A DNA stretch of 54,360 nt, filler included, from Squatina squatina (GCA_031763465.1; 3 parts of 3 records of this genome joined end to end with filler, not necessarily neighbours in it), one strand, 5' to 3'; numbered from the whole stretch's first letter, positions 13,101-26,180 are shown. Notes: generated by a model from the letters alone, not told the origin. Translations and numbers: made by a program.

Positions 13101-13689
13101 NNNNNNNNNNNNNNNNNNNNNNNNNNNNNNNNNNNNNNNNNNNNNNNNNNNNNNNNNNNNNNNNNNNNNNNNNNNNNNNNNNNNNNNNNNNNNNNNNNNN
13201 NNNNNNNNNNNNNNNNNNNNNNNNNNNNNNNNNNNNNNNNNNNNNNNNNNNNNNNNNNNNNNNNNNNNNNNNNNNNNNNNNNNNNNNNNNNNNNNNNNNN
13301 NNNNNNNNNNNNNNNNNNNNNNNNNNNNNNNNNNNNNNNNNNNNNNNNNNNNNNNNNNNNNNNNNNNNNNNNNNNNNNNNNNNNNNNNNNNNNNNNNNNN
13401 NNNNNNNNNNNNNNNNNNNNNNNNNNNNNNNNNNNNNNNNNNNNNACAATGTCTTTCTTGTTCCTTAGATTGTAATAAGGTGCAAATGGGCACAAAGTAA
13501 ACATTTCCATTCATGACGTTTAGGATTAACAATCTACATTACATTTTTTTTTAATTCATCTTTGGATGGTAGTTTAAGGCTAGGAACTGGAAACCCTTTG
13601 CCCCAGATATAGATATAAATATAATTTCTGTTGCTTTGCACTTTGTACCAGTGACCCTAGACATTATCAGAACTGCCTTTCTTAATAAT

Positions 13690-13780
13690 AAAAACAAAAA
13701 CATGCTAGAAACACCCTGTAGATCAGATAGCCTTCGATGGAGAGAACAGAGGAGTTAACATTTCAGTTGCGGACCTTTTG
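13690..13780. mobile_element. Penelope-like element terminal fragment
   Basis: A diverged copy of the sequence at 52015-52098 and, inverted, at 46133-46220 (ATGCTAGAAACACCCTGTAGATCAG...GAGTTAACATTTCAG). Confidence 0.45.
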
Positions 13781-13834
13781 AGGTAAAGCAGTTGATAAAT
13801 AATTTTGCCAAGTATAGTTTTAGCACAAACTCAC

Positions 13835-14355
13835 CTTTCTTTTGTTGTGATATGTAATGTAAACAATGGCAATCAGAAAAGCAGCAGCAACCAGATAGAA
13901 AAAGAAATGACTATCATCTTCTTCAGTTGCGGAGATGTATATTGGTTCATCGGGGAGTTCTGGAGGTTCCTCCACATCATCACTTTCCAGGTCATTCTCA
14001 TCCATTTGGTTAGTATCAAAATACTCCTCTGCCCCTTTGTCTTCATCTGGTTCATAATAGGATGGAGAATTACCTTGTTCAACAAGCAGCAGCTGATTAT
14101 CTGTCATTTCATCCATCTTTCCTGGATCTGTATCAGATGTGGTTTCATCCTCTTCAATATCTGTGCCAATCACTATTATTTCTGTACCCTTTCCATCTCC
14201 AGCGACGTTACCTTTCACTGCTGATGCAGGTTTTAAGGATGGGGTCATTTGGTCAGAATTTTGAGCAGCAGTTTCTTTCTGTGTTATTTCTATAGGATGT
14301 ACAGCGTTCTTGGTTACAGTTCCCACTGTTGGAGTGGCCGCAGATGTATTGGCGG
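13835..14355 (-). CDS. C5orf15: Keratinocyte-associated transmembrane protein 2 (C5orf15/KCT2), large internal exon, 5'-truncated at scaffold end
   Basis: An open frame encodes an acidic, Thr/Pro-rich ectodomain followed by [30 protein letters not shown] (TM segment plus HNKRK, the KCT2/TGOLN2 family signature). It ends at an AAG|GTGAG donor. SHFFF and [10 protein letters not shown] favour C5orf15 over TGOLN2. Confidence 0.85.
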
Positions 14356-14455
14356 NNNNNNNNNNNNNNNNNNNNNNNNNNNNNNNNNNNNNNNNNNNNT
14401 TAATTAATTAANNNNNNNNNNNNNNNNNNNNNNNNNNNNNNNNNNNNNNNNNNNN
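14356..14455. other. Artificial scaffold linker N44-TTAATTAATTAA-N44
   Basis: A 12-mer with stops in all six frames is centred in exactly 100 nt. It is repeated identically at 32216-32315, and unrelated genes are truncated on each side. Confidence 0.95.
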
Positions 14456-14545
14456 CTGCGGTACAAGCCTCGTACGTCTTTCCGTTGAAAGTAAACGGGA
14501 AGTGACAGAAAGCTCCTTCAGCATTGCCGAAACGGGTTTTAACCG
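14456..14545 (-). CDS. MMP9: Matrix metalloproteinase-9 exon 5 (first fibronectin type II repeat), truncated
   Basis: Acceptor TTTTCTCCTGGCAG|CG; translates (A)[29 protein letters not shown], matching MMP9 TRFGNADGAACHFPF. Confidence 0.9.
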
Positions 14546-14712
14546 CTGCCAGGAGAAAAGTTAAAACATTAGGACTAGAATTGGAGCAGGCACAGCCCCT
14601 CATTTCTGATAGCTGCAGTGCGAAGACACAGGACAGGCATTCTACTGATTGGTAATTTTCATAAATCACTGGGAAAGGAATTTGCAGATTCATTGTATTC
14701 AATCTTTGCTAC

Positions 14713-14853
14713 CTGCCCCGTTCCCCAAGGTCCAGAACTCATCGTCATCGAAATGTGCATCACCGTGCAGGCTGCCATAGACGTCTTTGCCGGGTGGGTA
14801 GGCGTGTGCCAACAGACCATCCTTTCCATCAAATGGATATGGGTCTCCATGCC
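14713..14853 (-). CDS. MMP9: MMP9 exon 4 (catalytic domain, structural Zn/Ca ligands)
   Basis: 141 nt, AG/GT-flanked; translates [46 protein letters not shown]. Its phase fits both neighbouring exons. Confidence 0.92.
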
Positions 14854-15271
14854 CTTCAACAAAAATAATTGAAACATATTAGCAATATAAATCCGAGCAT
14901 GGATCTAGAAATCTACAAGTCCCTAAAACAGGCATTGAAAGACTTAGTGGGACAGCTGGAAAACAAGCACTCCTTGTACTTATAACTTAGATTAACCCAG
15001 CAATATTTGAGCTAATATGTGAATAGCCAAATTCAACGTTTCTCAGATGTTCTGCTAAAATTCGTTAGCTTGCCTCATGCAAAATGTAGCGTTTTCAGTT
15101 GGACTAAGGTAGAACACTTAAACAATTTAACCCATTCGCCTATGTTGACAAGAAAGGTATGATGCTATAGAAAAAAATCAGACTGAGGAGAGAGACAGAG
15201 GGGAGGAGGGGCGCGGTCGTCGTAGAGCTAAATATTAATTAAAAGAACAACTCAGATGACTATCTACTCAC

Positions 15272-15420
15272 ATTCTCTGCCAAACTGAATCATGATGTCT
15301 GCCTCTCCGCTGTAGATTCTAGTGAACGTTAATGGGGTGACATCGCTCCACACTTTAAATGCACGAGCAAATGCATCATCAACAACAGATGGTTCCAAGT
15401 CGGGAGTGTAGCTCACAACT
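15272..15420 (-). CDS. MMP9: MMP9 exon 3 (catalytic domain N-terminal part)
   Basis: 149 nt, ATAG| ... |GTGAGT; translates [49 protein letters not shown]. It is absent from the ORF track. Confidence 0.92.
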
Positions 15421-15559
15421 CTATTTGGAGAAAATCCAATCAGACATTCAATGTTAGCANNNNNNNNNNNNNNNNNNNNNNNNNNNNNNNNNNNNNNNNN
15501 NNNNNNNNNNNNNNNNNNNNNNNNNNNNNNNNNNNNNNNNNNNNNNNNNNNNNNNNNNN

Positions 15560-15830
15560 TTCTGTCCTTTCGAGCATCCCTGATTTTAATCGCTCCACCA
15601 TTGGCGGCCGTGCCTTCAGTTGTCTGGAATTCCCTCCCTAAACCTCTCCACCTTTCTTTCCTCTTTTAAGACGCTCCTTAAAACCTGCCTCTTTGACCAA
15701 GCTTTTGGTCACCTGTCCTAATATCGCCTTATGTGGCTCAGTGTCAAATTTTGTTTAAAAATCGCTCCTGTGAAGCGCCTTGGACATTTAACTACCTTAA
15801 AGGTGTTATATAAATATACGTTGTTGTTGT
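15560..15830 (+). mobile_element. L2-type LINE 3' end
   Basis: TCCACCATTGGCGGCCGTGCCTTCAG...GTGAAGCGCCTTGG...TATATAAATATACGTTGTTGTTGT tail. Related tails occur at about 23850-23935 (+) and 22635-22690 (-). Confidence 0.7.
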
Positions 15831-18070
15831 ATGTGAATTCCGCCAATTGGAATTTTTATCCGACTCGTGTTTTATTAAATCTAATCTCCATGAAGAGGAG
15901 ACTTAATTCTACAATTAAGCAGGTGAGAATGGAACAAGCTGTGCCTATATACATGGACGAATCACATGATTCCACTACAGGGCTATCTTGGGTTGCTTGC
16001 TTTTTTTAAACTGTGAGGGAGACAGAAGAGAGAAAATCTAGCACATGGTTTCCATGCCGACCTTGGCGGTTGTATCAATGGGAGAGGGGCAACTGGTAAG
16101 AGATGGTACAAAAGGGGCATCTGCCTCTATTCCTCCAGTTGTGTACCTACCGACAGGCAGAATGCTAGAAGCACCCTGCTCTGGTAAGTGAAATTGTTTT
16201 TTTTTGTGTGCAAAAATAAGATGTGTGTGTCTGCCAAGAATTATTAAAGAGCTAACTGCTGCAGAACATGTTTTGTTGACAGTGACCTTGTTTCTGAATT
16301 AGATCTACAGTGATTATGGAGCATGAAATAGAAATCTGTGGCATTGTCAGTTGTTAGTNNNNNNNNNNNNNNNNNNNNNNNNNNNNNNNNNNNNNNNNNN
16401 NNNNNNNNNNNNNNNNNNNNNNNNNNNNNNNNNNNNNNNNNNNNNNNNNNNNNNNNNNCCTTCAGTAGCAACACAAGAGGCACCTTTCAGCCCCAGGCAG
16501 CAGGCAAAGGTCAGAACAGAGCCCTGACATCTGCTGCTAATTCTGACAATAATCAGTGCTGCGAGCGGACACCTGAAGCAGAGAACCGAGCCCTGGATGC
16601 AATAAAAATGAATGCTGCTGAATATTTTCATCATTCAGGCAAGGTTATGTGTCATTTATTATCCATGATACTGTACCAGCCTTTTTTGCTATTATTAGGT
16701 GTTATGGAGAGCCTGAAATCAATTGTTGCCTTGTAAGAAGTCAGCAGATTGAGGTGCGAACATGAGTTTGAAGACAAGGCTTGGAACTAATTTCAGAAAG
16801 AACATCATATCCCTTTTTGCAATTGAAAATAACTGGAATGTTTCACATGAATGACTCAAAAGTTGTACTTTACCATTAAAATTACTGATGTGTGTTCACT
16901 AGTGATTGACAATGCAAGGTTGCACCTAGATCTCAATTTTCTTAGCGTTTACACTTCATTTGGTTCTTATTGGAATTCTGAAGAGAGCGTACTTGGAGAA
17001 TACCACTTACATCCACTGATTGCTTTTCATTGCTAACACTGGTGCTGTTATTTTTCTTGCTGTCCGGTCCAAACACCTCTAGTGCACATTCCGAGGACAG
17101 CACCCTGTAATGTCATAGTGCTGCTGCAGTCATTGTAACGGGCGGGACAACATTCAACGGAGACGCACGCACTTTAGAAATGATTACAGAAATTACATTA
17201 TGATGCAGAAAATTTGGTCAGTTTATGAGTTGATCATAGCCCCCCCACCGCCCCCCACACATGCAATACAGATCAGTGCATTAGAGGCAGACACAGGGTA
17301 GACGCCAGTGCAGGTCTGCCAAGTAACTTCCATGATGTGCACCTGTTGCTGATGTAATAGAGGCTAGAAATAAAATCACATCATACCCTGTGCAGATTGA
17401 AAGCCCCTTAAAAGTTCAGATCAGATCGGAAAGAAACGTCATAGTAATAACAGGGGTGCACGGTTCCAAAGACACTTAAATAAGGTTATGTTTTAAAGCT
17501 ACAGAGTTCAGTTGACTTGGAGATTCATGACCTTTGGTTGGGAGGGCTCAACCAAATGGAGTGCAGACTGGCCGCTTTCGAGTGCTATTTACTTGGCATC
17601 CCTGCAGTGACACTGTGTTCGGAGAGGAAGGTAAACATTTCAATCGTGGCATGACCTGTTTCATTACATTTGAAAGGCTTTTTTTCTACTTCTCCTTTTC
17701 AAAAACACCTGAGGAAGTCTGCTGACCTTAAAATAATTTTTTGCGTCAACTTTGAAACACGAGACTTTGGAAGTCAATTACATCTAAATTTTAAATGTTA
17801 TTTGAACCCTTCGAGTGTCTTGAAACAGCCTCCTTGGTAATCTGAAACTCCAGCTTCCCTCTCATCTTGCTTTTGAAGCGAAAGTATGAGAGTTACAACT
17901 TAAACTGTATAGAGCGTTAGGCATTTGCAGGGTACCGATATCGCTTTCCCTGTACTGAAAATGTATGATTNNNNNNNNNNNNNNNNNNNNNNNNNNNNNN
18001 NNNNNNNNNNNNNNNNNNNNNNNNNNNNNNNNNNNNNNNNNNNNNNNNNNNNNNNNNNNNNNNNNNNNNN

Positions 18071-18180
18071 CCTCTGAGTGAAGAAATTTCTCATCTCAGT
18101 CCTAAATGGCCTACCCCTTATTCTGCGACTGTGACCCCTGGTCCTAGACTCCGCAGATAGGGACACCATCCTCCCAGCAT
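18071..18180 (-). mobile_element. CR1 ORF2 C-terminal fragment
   Basis: Translates ESRTRGHSRRIRGRPFRTEMRNFFTQR, the typical CR1 C-terminus. Confidence 0.8.
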
Positions 18181-18795
18181 AAATGTAATAATCTATGTCT
18201 CCTAAACAAAGGAATAGAGCAGTTCCTTTAAAGGGAAGCAGTGAAAAGTTCGAAGGACTGGTAATAAACAGCTTAATTTGCCTCACACTTCCTTTGGCTG
18301 CTGGTTAGCAGTATACGATCCATAAATTGACCATTTTCATTAGCTCCTCAGAGACCTATAAATATGTCATAGTATTGCTGCAGTGGACTGAGTTCTGCTT
18401 TATGGCTTGCAAAAAGTTTTAGGTACAATTTTTAATGATTCCACAGATCTTTTTCAAAAAAAATCTAAATCTGCTTCCTTCAATTTAATGCAGATAAGGT
18501 GGATTCGGTTGCCTTGGCTTAATTCATCTGTACTGGATGTGTAATAGAATTGCCAGTGATGCCCAGTGTCTCTAGGGAGACATTGAAGGATTTAGCAGAA
18601 CCCAGGCAATCAAGAATTTATCTGTAGTAATCAAGCAATCTCTCTGCTTGCTTAACACTCAGCACTTTGAGGTATTGTGCATAATACTAATTAAANNNNN
18701 NNNNNNNNNNNNNNNNNNNNNNNNNNNNNNNNNNNNNNNNNNNNNNNNNNNNNNNNNNNNNNNNNNNNNNNNNNNNNNNNNNNNNNNNNNNNNNN

Positions 18796-19090
18796 AGACA
18801 CCTCAGAACCCACAACTCCGGAGTGGAAGCAAGTCATCCTCGTCCCCGAGAAAGACAGCAGCTTCAGTGGGTAATTAGCATGTAAGGCCAGCAACTTCAC
18901 ATCATTCCAAGTGTGTGAACACCGAGTCTCTCGGTGAGGTACCAGTTTAGCGAAGCTTCTGGAGGAGCCGAGCAGCTCGGACAGCAACTTCCTGATTTCC
19001 ACATTTAACCGCGTGTGAGATTGCCGGAAGCTGCTGTCCAAGCCTCTGGCTGATAGCCTCACCATGCCTCCTGCTGCAAAATCCGGGCCC
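18796..19090. mobile_element. GC-rich non-autonomous DNA transposon remnant (right end)
   Basis: A GC-rich block ends in GCAAAATCCGGGCCC, resembling the GGCCCGGAATTTGC-type termini found elsewhere in the window. Confidence 0.45.
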
Positions 19091-22000
19091 ATATGACCTT
19101 TCATAATGTAATTAGTGCGCTGTTGCACATCGTGGCCAAAGCAACGTTTCCGACACTATCGTGTACATTAATTTCATCCCCACCCTCTACCAACATCTCC
19201 AAGCCCAAATCTAACACACATTTAAATAGCAGAAGCAAGCACAAGAATTGTTCCTTTTGATTTTCATGAATGGATAGTGAAGTTGACAATCACTCTCTTT
19301 GAACTTGCTAATCAATGCAGTGAAGGCAAAAAGCAACTGACCTTTGAATGCAGACTGTCAAATCCATACTGATTATACTGAAAATGAACCTATGAAGGAA
19401 CTGTCTGAACACTTCATTTTTTTTTTACTTGGCCAGGTTGGATTGGTGCAGTTTCTTCAGCACTGAGAGCAGACGCACGATCTGCAGAGCACTGCAGGGT
19501 CTTCACTCAGTGATGCAGTGCAGTACCTTTCTTATCCAGGAGATGGGATCCTAGACTGGTTGTACATTTTTACGAAAAGGTCCCTTTCAGCTTTCAAATG
19601 CACTACATTGTGTCTGCAAAGCAGAATTTGCATACATTTGCTGTCCTGTTTATAGGTTGGATAATAAGTGACNNNNNNNNNNNNNNNNNNNNNNNNNNNN
19701 NNNNNNNNNNNNNNNNNNNNNNNNNNNNNNNNNNNNNNNNNNNNNNNNNNNNNNNNNNNNNNNNNNNNNNNNTTTTGAAAGTTACTGTTGAATCTACTTC
19801 GACTACCATCTCATAAATACAAACGTTCTCTTAAATTGATTGAGATGATTTCCAGAGCCTATTAAATGTACTTGGACTCATGGAAAATGTTGTACGGGAA
19901 CCTCTGGCCTCAAAACCATCAGTATCTAAGCATCCATCGAGTCCTGTAATATTTTCTTCTTGCTTTGTTTTGTTTTTAAAGATGATGTAGTATTGAATTG
20001 AGAGAAAATTCAGTTTCTGCCACCTGGTGAGATTGAGCATTAGATTTCCTCTGGAGCGTTTTATCAGTAGAGTTGTGATGTTATGCTTGGCTGCTATGAA
20101 GCTCTGATTATTACCTACCCCATCAGTGAGGGGAGATGAATTGAAGGCTGTAATATCACTCAATTTTAATTCCCTCTTTTACAAGTTGTTGAAGTCATTT
20201 GGGAGCTGGCGCAATGGCGTATATTTTCAATTAGTGTCGTCATTCCCATCATTGTTCAATGTGATAATGGCTCTGTCTATTAAAGCTGAAGTGTATGTAT
20301 TCCTGATAGAAACTTAAATGGTTTCAGAATATACTCACGTCCAAATAACATAATTCAAATGTGTTTTATTTTCATTCCCTTTGTTTGCTATTCCCGTTTG
20401 ATTCTTACCTCATGCAGCTTGTTCAATTCTGGATGACAAATGATCTTTACTTTGTGACTTAAGAGAATATTTCTTCATCATCTTAAAAAAAAAAATNNNN
20501 NNNNNNNNNNNNNNNNNNNNNNNNNNNNNNNNNNNNNNNNNNNNNNNNNNNNNNNNNNNNNNNNNNNNNNNNNNNNNNNNNNNNNNNNNNNNNNNNCAAT
20601 TGGATTATAGCCTGTAACTCCATTCCAGCAATCTATTATTCTATACATGAACCACTTGAATGCTTCCATTAGCTCCCAGCCTGTCACTCTCTCTGGGTAT
20701 TTATTATAAGATATAAAACCCACCTGAATCCTTTAGTTATTTCAACCTATAACTCAGGCCAGGTTTCCACGTATTTTCTGTTCTGTGTATAGCCTGTTCC
20801 ACAAGTGTTGTTATAGTTTGGAGAATATCCACACTCTCCATTGCCAGATGATGGATGTGAACGAGAAGACTGCACAGTGTTAACCCACTTGTTTTTCTGT
20901 CACAATGGAGAAATGACTAAAAGTGTGCATTTTAACGCGATAGAAAGCTTGAACCCTTTGGCCTGCCTCCTCTTGTACAAAGTATCAGATAGCTGTAACA
21001 CAGACTTTTCTCCGAAGAAGGGGCAGATAAGAACTGGAATCAGTGGAGTGGAGAGGAGTGAAGAATGGAGGATGATTATAGGGCCAGTGTACGATTTATG
21101 AATGAGTGGTTTTTCNNNNNNNNNNNNNNNNNNNNNNNNNNNNNNNNNNNNNNNNNNNNNNNNNNNNNNNNNNNNNNNNNNNNNNNNNNNNNNNNNNNNN
21201 NNNNNNNNNNNNNNNTGAGAGTTTCTGCTGAAGGCTGCAAACAGAGATTCAGTCCCCTGTGGAATCCCGAAGATTTCTCTCTCTATTAATAAGAGGTGAT
21301 AGAGGCTAGGAGGAATTCCTTGGAACTGCCCCTGTTCTGCTGCCTTAACTCTGCCAGAAGATGGAGCGGGAGCAGCTCCGAGGAAACTTACGGCCTGTGT
21401 TTTAACATTGTTTGAGTTGGAATCTCACAGCTGGTTTCAGCAGGCCTGGTCTGTGTTTGTCTGTCTCTCCCCTATTGTTATTCAGTGCACACTCTTGCCT
21501 CGCTGGATTGAGACTAATTTCCATAACCTAGATACCTTGAGATCGCAACAAGACATGAAGAGGCATGCAAAACCTCATCACCCTTCTGCTTATTGTTTTT
21601 TTTTAATCATTCCGGCAACTAAAGGAATTCATTAGGTTACAGACTGTAATTCATAGACGCACAAAGCCACACAAATGTCAGAGACGCTGAAAGACCCTGG
21701 CTGTTGTTTTCCTCTCGCGGGGCTGCCTTGTGTTTCATGGGGAAGTCGGGAAGCTACCGTTTTCACATAAATTGTTTCTAAATTGTTTCTGCCGCAGGAT
21801 GGGTTTGTCCTCTTCAGATCCTGTTTGCTTCATTCCTTGACAAATTGCACCTCTCATTTACTGACTCCTGCTACGTTCTGTCAGTAAGCTGCAACCACAG
21901 ATTCTGACGAAGGACAAAGAATGAATCTGTGAGGCACACACTCCATTTTAAGAACTTTAATTTTCTGCATTAATTAGCGGAGCTGAAGAATATACAAGAG

Positions 22001-22814
22001 TCATCCAAATCCGGCTTTTTATATAAAAGGCTGTAGGGTAGAGTTCCTGCTTTGGACGCAATTGTAAAATCTTCCATGAACCAGAGCAATCAGACAGCCT
22101 AAGAGAACGTCATCAGTTATTTTTCCTCTTCCCATTAAAAAGTATTCCCTGATGTATTTAAGATGTGATTCCTTGATGTACCTGGTGCAGTTTTATTAAT
22201 ACAGCTTTATTAAGGGTGTCTAGTCCTGATTAAAAATCACTGAGAAACTATACTGAATCATTTACTCGTTTCATTGATGTACACTAATCAGTTGCTCGGT
22301 AAATTAAATGGGCCTGAAACCGTGGCCCCTGCACCGCACATGCCCGTAGGGGCCCTGCAACTTCCGGGTTTAGGGATGCGAAGCACATGCGCCTGAACCC
22401 AGAACTTGCGATCTGTCGAGAATTCTCATCGCATGCATCCCCGGGAGAAGGGCCTCTGTGGGTGGAGAGTTGGNNNNNNNNNNNNNNNNNNNNNNNNNNN
22501 NNNNNNNNNNNNNNNNNNNNNNNNNNNNNNNNNNNNNNNNNNNNNNNNNNNNNNNNNNNNNNNNNNNNNNNNNCTAGGTCTCATTATCATCAGTGACACC
22601 TGAAGATACAATACTCGTGCAATTAGATTGAGTAACAACAATTTGCAGTTATAGAGTGCCTTTAAAATACATGCCCCAAAGACTTTCACAAATAGGGGTT
22701 AAAAAAAACAGACACTAAGACATAAGGGAGAGATTAGGAGTCAATACTAAGGAGTGATTCAATTTACATATACTTTTCATTATTATTGAGTTGTTTTTAA
22801 GCCTTTTTTTTTAG

Positions 22815-23110
22815 TGGCTCCTCCTTTGGCATGGTGGTCCAGTTTGGCACCAAGTCACACACACCTGGAAAGGCCAAGGTTCGAATCCGAGTATCCGTGA
22901 AGTTAGATGCTGCCAGACAGAATGGTGGTTGAGATACTACAATTGGCTTCAGTGTCCCTGCACCAGCTCCTGCTGGTAAATGTGGGCATAGGTTTTGGCT
23001 GCACATTCAGGTCGGGCTGAAGACAGAATTGGGCTTAGATGTGGTGCCATTCATGGTGGAATGATGAGTTTCTCGAGTTATAAGGTGTCAGGCAGCACCC
23101 ATAAGCCGGC
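22815..23110 (+). mobile_element. tRNA-derived SINE with Pol III B box
   Basis: B box GGTTCGAATCC at 22878-22888; the downstream CTACAATTGGCTTCAG is shared with the inverted copies at 7110-7460 and 51360-51650. Confidence 0.6.
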
Positions 23111-23770
23111 AATCAAGTTTGAAACAGTGTCGCTAGCAAAGAAAGTGAGAGCAAATAATAAAACATCTTTTATTAATATGTATGGCATTAAATATATCAG
23201 ATATTGAAGGGTTTAATATATAGAAGTAATAAAAACAACAGCAGGGACATTTCTGCTGGTCCTTATAGCTTCACAAAGTCATTGATACTGGTTTTTATAT
23301 TTGTAGCTGCCTCTCATCCTTCACTAATAAATGACACAATAAACTGGTCTGATCTGATTTCAGCTCTCCAGAATGTATCTTTTGTCATAGCCTGTCCTTC
23401 ATTTCCTTCAATCCTGTTAAAATGTCCAGCCAAAGAGCATGCTCATAATTTGGCTCCCTTATCTCCAAAGCTCGCTTTATGGGTTAGCTGCAACTGACTC
23501 GATGAGGTAGAAACTAAAAGTAAAAAAGCCAAGCCCGGCCAACATATTCCGTGCAAAGTGTAGTTGCCGTCCCATAAAAAAGAACAATAAATCTTCAATA
23601 CTGAGCCAGCTCTGTATGGTACTGAGATAATGCAAGCTCTGTTTACATAATCTATGCAGGCATCTCATTCNNNNNNNNNNNNNNNNNNNNNNNNNNNNNN
23701 NNNNNNNNNNNNNNNNNNNNNNNNNNNNNNNNNNNNNNNNNNNNNNNNNNNNNNNNNNNNNNNNNNNNNN

Positions 23771-23847
23771 TTCGCTGCACTCCCTCAATAGCAAGAATGT
23801 CCTTCCTCAGATTAGGAGACCAAAACTGCACACAATACTCCAGGTGT
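23771..23847 (-). mobile_element. CR1 ORF2 fragment
   Basis: GGAGACCAAAACTGCACACAATACTCCAGGTG corresponds to HLEYCVQFWSP on the minus strand. Confidence 0.8.
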
Positions 23848-25914
23848 CAAATTCTGTTTGTTTATGCTCTTGTGAAGCGTGCTGGGATGTTTTACTACGT
23901 TAAAGGCGCGATATGAATGAAAGATTTTATTGTTGTCGATAGCATCACCTCCATAACCCGGCTCCCTCTGCTGGATGCAGGAGCAATTACATGCCGTAGT
24001 TCTAAATATGACACAATCTAGTGCCAGTGACTCGAAATATACCCTCGGCCCATTAGCACACGAAAGGAGAAAAGATGGGTAAACATTTCTGTTTGAGATC
24101 CTCCTGAGTCCTGATATAAGTGATTTGCTTTGCGTGTTTATTACCCTGTACCTGTTGAGTGTAACTGCTTCATTCATAGAGATCGGGAAATGTTGCTCAT
24201 TGCACCAAGCTGATGTGCAGAACTAAATATAGGTCAATATTGCCCTGGGGACTTTATGTTCAAATTCAAACCTATAAATAGCCTTGTGTCAAGGAAGGAG
24301 TTAAGGAAGCGGAGGATTTTAGTTCATGTTTGGTTCTGAATTTCTGCAGTGGGTCAATGCTTCTGATTGTATGTGTCTCCTGCAATTTAAAAGCTTCAAA
24401 ATAGCAATCGCAGTATTTCTATCTGCTGCATCTTATCTATAGTATATATCTACATTTTGCATGAGGGACAATTTTCAAATTAAAGACATTTCCCAGGATT
24501 TAGCATTTGGTTCCAGCCCTTTCCCCGTGCAATATCAGGCCTACATTAAGCCCAGTTTTATTACATTTGCTTGTTGCAAATTGAATTTTGCAATGAGCGG
24601 AGATGGGTAATGGGAGAGGGGTGTTGTGTTTGCAGCAATCCGAAAGCAATTTTATTTTCCATGCTAGCGCCAGAACTAGCAGCACAGTGTGTTAGAGGAG
24701 GCAGGACAGCGTTACGCAAGGTGGTCAGTTCTACCAGTGTCTCCAGCTGGAATTTCATTCAGTTGTTGCTACCAAGAATGCAATAGTTTCCACAAAGAAA
24801 ACCAGAAGCATTTTGCTACTTTGGCCTAAATCTTGGACAAAAAGTTTGAGAAAGGAAAGCACATCCAACTTGTTCAACGGGTTACAACACTATCCTTTCA
24901 CCTCTGGGACTTTGATCCAGCCCAAGTATGTTAACATTTTCACACACATGGTATAAGCACCTGGATTGGCATTTCAGTTTGTGTCAGCACAAACAAACTG
25001 TATGGGCCAGAACTTCGTAGCCTGAGCACCACTCCATAGCGTCATTAAATGCTGCTAAAACACTGGCCACCGCTCTTTTGCCAGCTGCTAGGCAGGTCCC
25101 GCAGCCGCCGCCATTTTGGTCCTTACCTTTGCACTGNNNNNNNNNNNNNNNNNNNNNNNNNNNNNNNNNNNNNNNNNNNNNNNNNNNNNNNNNNNNNNNN
25201 NNNNNNNNNNNNNNNNNNNNNNNNNNNNNNNNNNNNTGATAGCAAAACTGACCCATGCTTCCAGACCCAGAGACCTCCCACCCCAATGGCCCCAGCTCCT
25301 AGGATTCATCATCCAATGTTCCCAGATCCCAGCATGCACCCCGGTTTTCCTAGAATTTCCTTTTCCAATTGTCCTGGAGCCATGGGGCAACCTTCCCGGT
25401 ACTCCCACATGATGGAAAGTCTCTCACAGTGATACTGGACTCTGAGACCCTATCCCAATACCCAAGCCTTTATCACAGTGCTCCCAAGCCCCAGGGCAAC
25501 TTCCACTGCTGATAAGTCAGTGTCCCTNNNNNNNNNNCTTAGCATACCAACATTGCTACTACAAAACCTTTGACTCACCATGAGAAATGCCACATGAGAT
25601 TTCTTGGAAGATAAGAAACTAGAAGCCAAGCAAATAGACTACATCAGTGTTTGGCTTTTATTCAGCTATTGAACTCCTAAAATTCAGCTATTTGTTTCAG
25701 GCAATATCCTATTTTCTACATCAGGAGGTAGAATGGATGCAAGCCAGTCTGCAAAGTATACTCAACTAAACTGGAGAACTCACCAATTGTAAAACTAACC
25801 CTATCTCACTAAAATAATCCAGTGCAAGGAAAGCAAGAAAAAGAAAATGAGCCAAAAACAAAACTATATTCCCAGTCCCCCAGCTCTGATTTTCATGTTT
25901 TTTGGTGTTGGACT

Positions 25915-26180
25915 CATCTGTCTTACATATTCTTTCCCATTTGTCTCTCTCTCCTCTCATTCTCTGCTGTTTGCAAGTTCTTCTTCTCTCTTCTTCCTCT
26001 TAATCGCTCTTCCATTTGTCCCTTCTCTTCCTTCTCCCTTGTTCTCTCTCTGAGCTTTCAGCACACCCTCCACGATTTTTCACTTTCTTACACTATTGGC
26101 TTTCTCGTTTAGATCCACTGAATCTCCTCTTCGACATTTATCTCTTCCTCTTTAATGATGACTGTCTCTTCCTCTCAGCC
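25915..26180 (+). repeat. CT-rich low-complexity tract
   Basis: A long polypyrimidine (TC/TTC) stretch. Confidence 0.7.

Noticed and set aside
12979-13532. Long ORFs spanning N runs (also many others in the track)
   Set aside because: Their length is an artefact of X-translated gaps.
13835-15420. Apparent membrane-anchored MMP9 fusion (MMP9 exons followed by a TM-encoding exon on the same strand)
   Set aside because: The two parts are separated by a synthetic linker, and the TM exon belongs to C5orf15/KCT2.
14456-15420. Assignment to MMP2
   Set aside because: HGDPYPF, AHAYPPG, GDAHF and [15 protein letters not shown] fit MMP9 better than MMP2 (AHAFAPG, GDSHF, VKYGNADGEYCKFPF).
16347-16860. 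MMP9 exon 1/promoter (hydrophobic minus-strand ORF, AP-1 site TGACTCA at 16852)
   Set aside because: The ORF lacks MMP9 signal or pro-peptide similarity (no FPGD or PRCGVPD), and a lone AP-1 heptamer is not sufficient evidence.
22815-22900. tRNA gene
   Set aside because: A B box is present but no cloverleaf, and the sequence continues into a SINE body seen elsewhere in the window.
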